NCBI GenBank assembly: GCA_030248215.1
Contig: JASANG010000273.1
Span: 62,001-126,000 of the forward strand
Source: Enoplolaimus lenunculus
Taxonomy: Eukaryota
Direction: 5' to 3'
Length of the DNA stretch: 64,000 bases
The translations under genes and the position numbers were made by a program. A model generated the notes under the pieces. That model saw only the letters and a list, made by a program, of their open reading frames with translations. It had not been told where the DNA came from and made no database searches. Positions 61,450 through 64,000 of the stretch are shown here, in pieces. How positions within the stretch are numbered: the first letter of the stretch is position 1; every line of letters begins with the position of its first letter.

Positions 61450-61849
61450 CTGAAATAACAAAAAAATACAAACTAAAACATTTATTTTTCTTTCATTAAT
61501 TTATTTAGCATTTATTCGTTCATTTATTTTTCATTAATCTATTTTTCATTTATTTATTAATTTATTTAAAAACCAGATAATATGCTCTATTGTGTCTTCA
61601 TTCATTTATATATTTAATCATTTATATTTACTTCTCAATTCTATTTGTTGATGTATTTATGTATTTTTATTCATTTATTTATGTATTTTTATTCATTTAT
61701 TTATCAATTTTTCGTTTAGTTTAATGACATAAGCCAATTTCAAACACATAGCCGTCACAGTTAGAAACACGTCACTGAGTTTGTTAATTACCCTGCTGGT
61801 TAAAACTGAAAACGAATATTGAAGTATAAAAGTTTCCTTCTGACCTTAC

Positions 61850-61932
61850 CCAATAAAGCTTTTTGATCGATGAAAAGTTCGTTGCTGTTGTTGTAGTTGT
61901 TTTTCCTTATAACGGAAATGTATATGACGCAT
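61850..61932 (-). CDS. pde-4: Candidate first coding exon of a PDE4 isoform
   Basis: ATG-initiated MRHIHFRYKEKQLQQQQRTFHRSKSFI(G); donor GG|gtaagg is phase 2, matching the UCR1 exon. Confidence 0.45.
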
Positions 61933-62781
61933 AATTAAACCAGAAATTTGAAAAAAATTACAGATATTTTGCTTAAAAAGCAAACAATATAAACTGAACC
62001 TATTAGTTTAAAACCAGATACCGGTTTATAAGAGAACACAATGTTGTACATTTCCGATAACTGCCAAGGTACCACTTTCACTATAAACCCGTAAAAAATA
62101 TCAACCGTCAGAATTTTAAGCTCTTAAAGCCACACCATACGGTTATGTTTCTAAACGTTTCGTCAAATAATTTCTAGCAAAAGTAAAGCTTTTAGTGATC
62201 TCAAATAAATAGAATTTCTTAAAAATTCAAATTTGGGTGCACCTACAATGATCAGGTGAAGTCAAGAGAAACACAAATGAACATATTACAATTCAAATCT
62301 TTAATATTTTTCAGTGAATACCAATTGCCTGGCTACGCTGAAAAATATTTAGCAAACTGTTAAGTAAAAATAACGCAAACAGTTGTAACTTTTTGCTAAT
62401 TTCCTAACACAATGAAATTTATTGCATTACAATTCAAAATTGTAGCGTAAACAGCAGAGCGCAAAGCGGAATTGAATTATATCGGAATGGTAATCGGAAC
62501 TACAAGTGTTGTGACTATACGGATAATTTGTAGTAACAAATTTAATATTGATTTACGGTGTCTGTTTGTTGGAAACAATTTTCAAGAACGTCATTGAAGA
62601 AATTGGCGATGATTTCTTGGTTCTGTAAAACTTACCTACAATCAATTATTGTTATTTTCAAAATAAAACAGTACTTCATCAGTGTGTTCAGATGTTGAGA
62701 TCTAGAGAACTTTTTTGCAACATATCACAACACCCCAAGTAGGATTGAAATTAAAATTTCAAAATTGCAATTTCGATTTTA

Positions 62782-62976
62782 CTGGTAAACAGTAACACTA
62801 ATCAAAATCGTAATTTTGGTTGTATCCTAATAAACAGTAACACTAAACGGAATCGAAATTCCGATTGCTCCCTGGTAAACAGTAACACTAAACGGGATCG
62901 GAGTTCAGGTTTGCACCCTGAAACAGTAACACAAAACTGGATTGGAATTCAGGTTGCACCCTGGTAAACAGTAACA
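62782..62976. repeat. Minisatellite, ~4.5 x 45 bp
   Basis: Core AAACAGTAACA at ~62787, 62832, 62877, 62921 and 62966. Confidence 0.85.
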
Positions 62977-63499
62977 ATTTTTTACCAAATGTCTTCGTTT
63001 TTCAAACTTATTCCTACAGGCAATCAATACCAACCTATCAAAAAACGGTGAAAGCAGCCAAAACATAAACTCTTAGCTTAAACTTTTCAGTTTGTCTGGT
63101 TCAGTTCGACGTCAAAAACCACAAAAGAAAATAGCCAAAAGATTAATAGTGAAACGTTTACATACCTGTCAACCTCACGAAAGAACCTGATTGGCTTTTA
63201 AATATACAAAACAAGGAAACGGTTCAAATGATTCAAGGCGTAAAACCTGCTCGACCCAAGGGCGTCCCCACAGGACAGGGGCATTGGGGGGCCGAGCCGC
63301 CTTCCAAATTCTGCTGGTGTTCTCCAAATAGATTGGGTCTAAAAGTAAATAATCTTGAACTGAAATTGTAAGGGCCCCAAAATTATACGGTGTCTCTCAA
63401 ATATAATTTTCCGCGGACGTTCTTGGTTTGACGTGGTAAGGTCAACGTCGTTTGAAGACAAATATTGACATCGGTTAAACATTTAGCTAGACCGGTAGC

Positions 63500-63682
63500 C
63501 AGCGGCGGATTCTGAAATTTCTGACAACGGGCGGCTGGCAAAAGTTATGGAACACAATTTTTACTGTATGCTATATGTGAGTCATTTTTCTGACGGAGAA
63601 AAGTTGTAAGGTAGGGATCGTGCCATGTTATCACAAAAAATTTTCCGACGGCGGCATACGCCCGCCTCTGGATCCGCTAGTG
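63500..63682 (+). mobile_element. hAT-like MITE (family F, CAGCGGCGGATCCAGAAA ends)
   Basis: Inverted ends; flanks ccggtagc / cccttagc (6/8). Related copies at ~5614-5945, 20594-20820, 44913-45099, 52167-52311 and 56100-56175. Confidence 0.7.
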
Positions 63683-64000
63683 CCCTTAGCAAGTCCCTCC
63701 CCTAAAACCAGTTTGGCCTGTCTGAAAAACGTATGGCCCCATCCTGGCGTGTGTCTCTGATATTGTTCCGGCAGCCCACTGACGAATCCATGAAAGCCCA
63801 TCGACAACAGCACCCGGCGGCCACCAGGTATGAAAACCAAAATTTAACATTAAGATTTAGTAATAAAAATGCGTTTATATCGCGTTCCTACCCTGTATCT
63901 TTTTGAATTCGCTACAGACTTGGCTCTACTCCGCATTACGGCGACTCCTGGTTTGCCAAAATGTCAAAAACAGTTAACATTTGCGTCAATGCTGTAATCT

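Noticed and set aside
62782..62976. CRISPR-like repeat-spacer appearance
   Set aside because: The 'spacers' are homologous to each other, the context is eukaryotic and there are no cas genes; it is a minisatellite.

Overview
Intron-rich, AT-rich eukaryotic DNA. It is most likely from a nematode, judging by TTTTCAG-type acceptors, many interstitial TTAGGC motifs and a nematode-like EYW motif in PDE4. Splicing exons by hand with GT-AG and phase checks gives four genes. (1) A 5-exon orphan gene on the minus strand (438-4325, ~239 aa). (2) A divergent Cys-loop ligand-gated ion channel (nAChR-like, non-alpha) on the plus strand (~9417-15357; 5' end unresolved). (3) A DCLK-like CAMK-group kinase with a long Arg/Ser-rich N-terminus on the plus strand (24268-28414). 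(4) A cAMP phosphodiesterase PDE4 (pde-4/dunce) on the minus strand (30437 to at least 61449), with UCR1, UCR2, a catalytic domain, a 17.7-kb intron, a tandemly duplicated exon and candidate alternative first/cassette exons. Introns and intergenic DNA are packed with short non-autonomous DNA transposons: hAT-like elements with 8-bp TSDs, TA-flanked elements, Harbinger-like elements, a TTAA-flanked piggyBac-like element carrying a tRNA-Gly-like cassette, and two families carrying telomere-type TTAGGC arrays. There are also tRNA-derived SINE-like pieces, mini- and microsatellites and several ~160-170-bp local duplications. I found no rRNA, intact tRNA, intact transposase or CRISPR array. All calls come from reading the sequence; no database searches were run.
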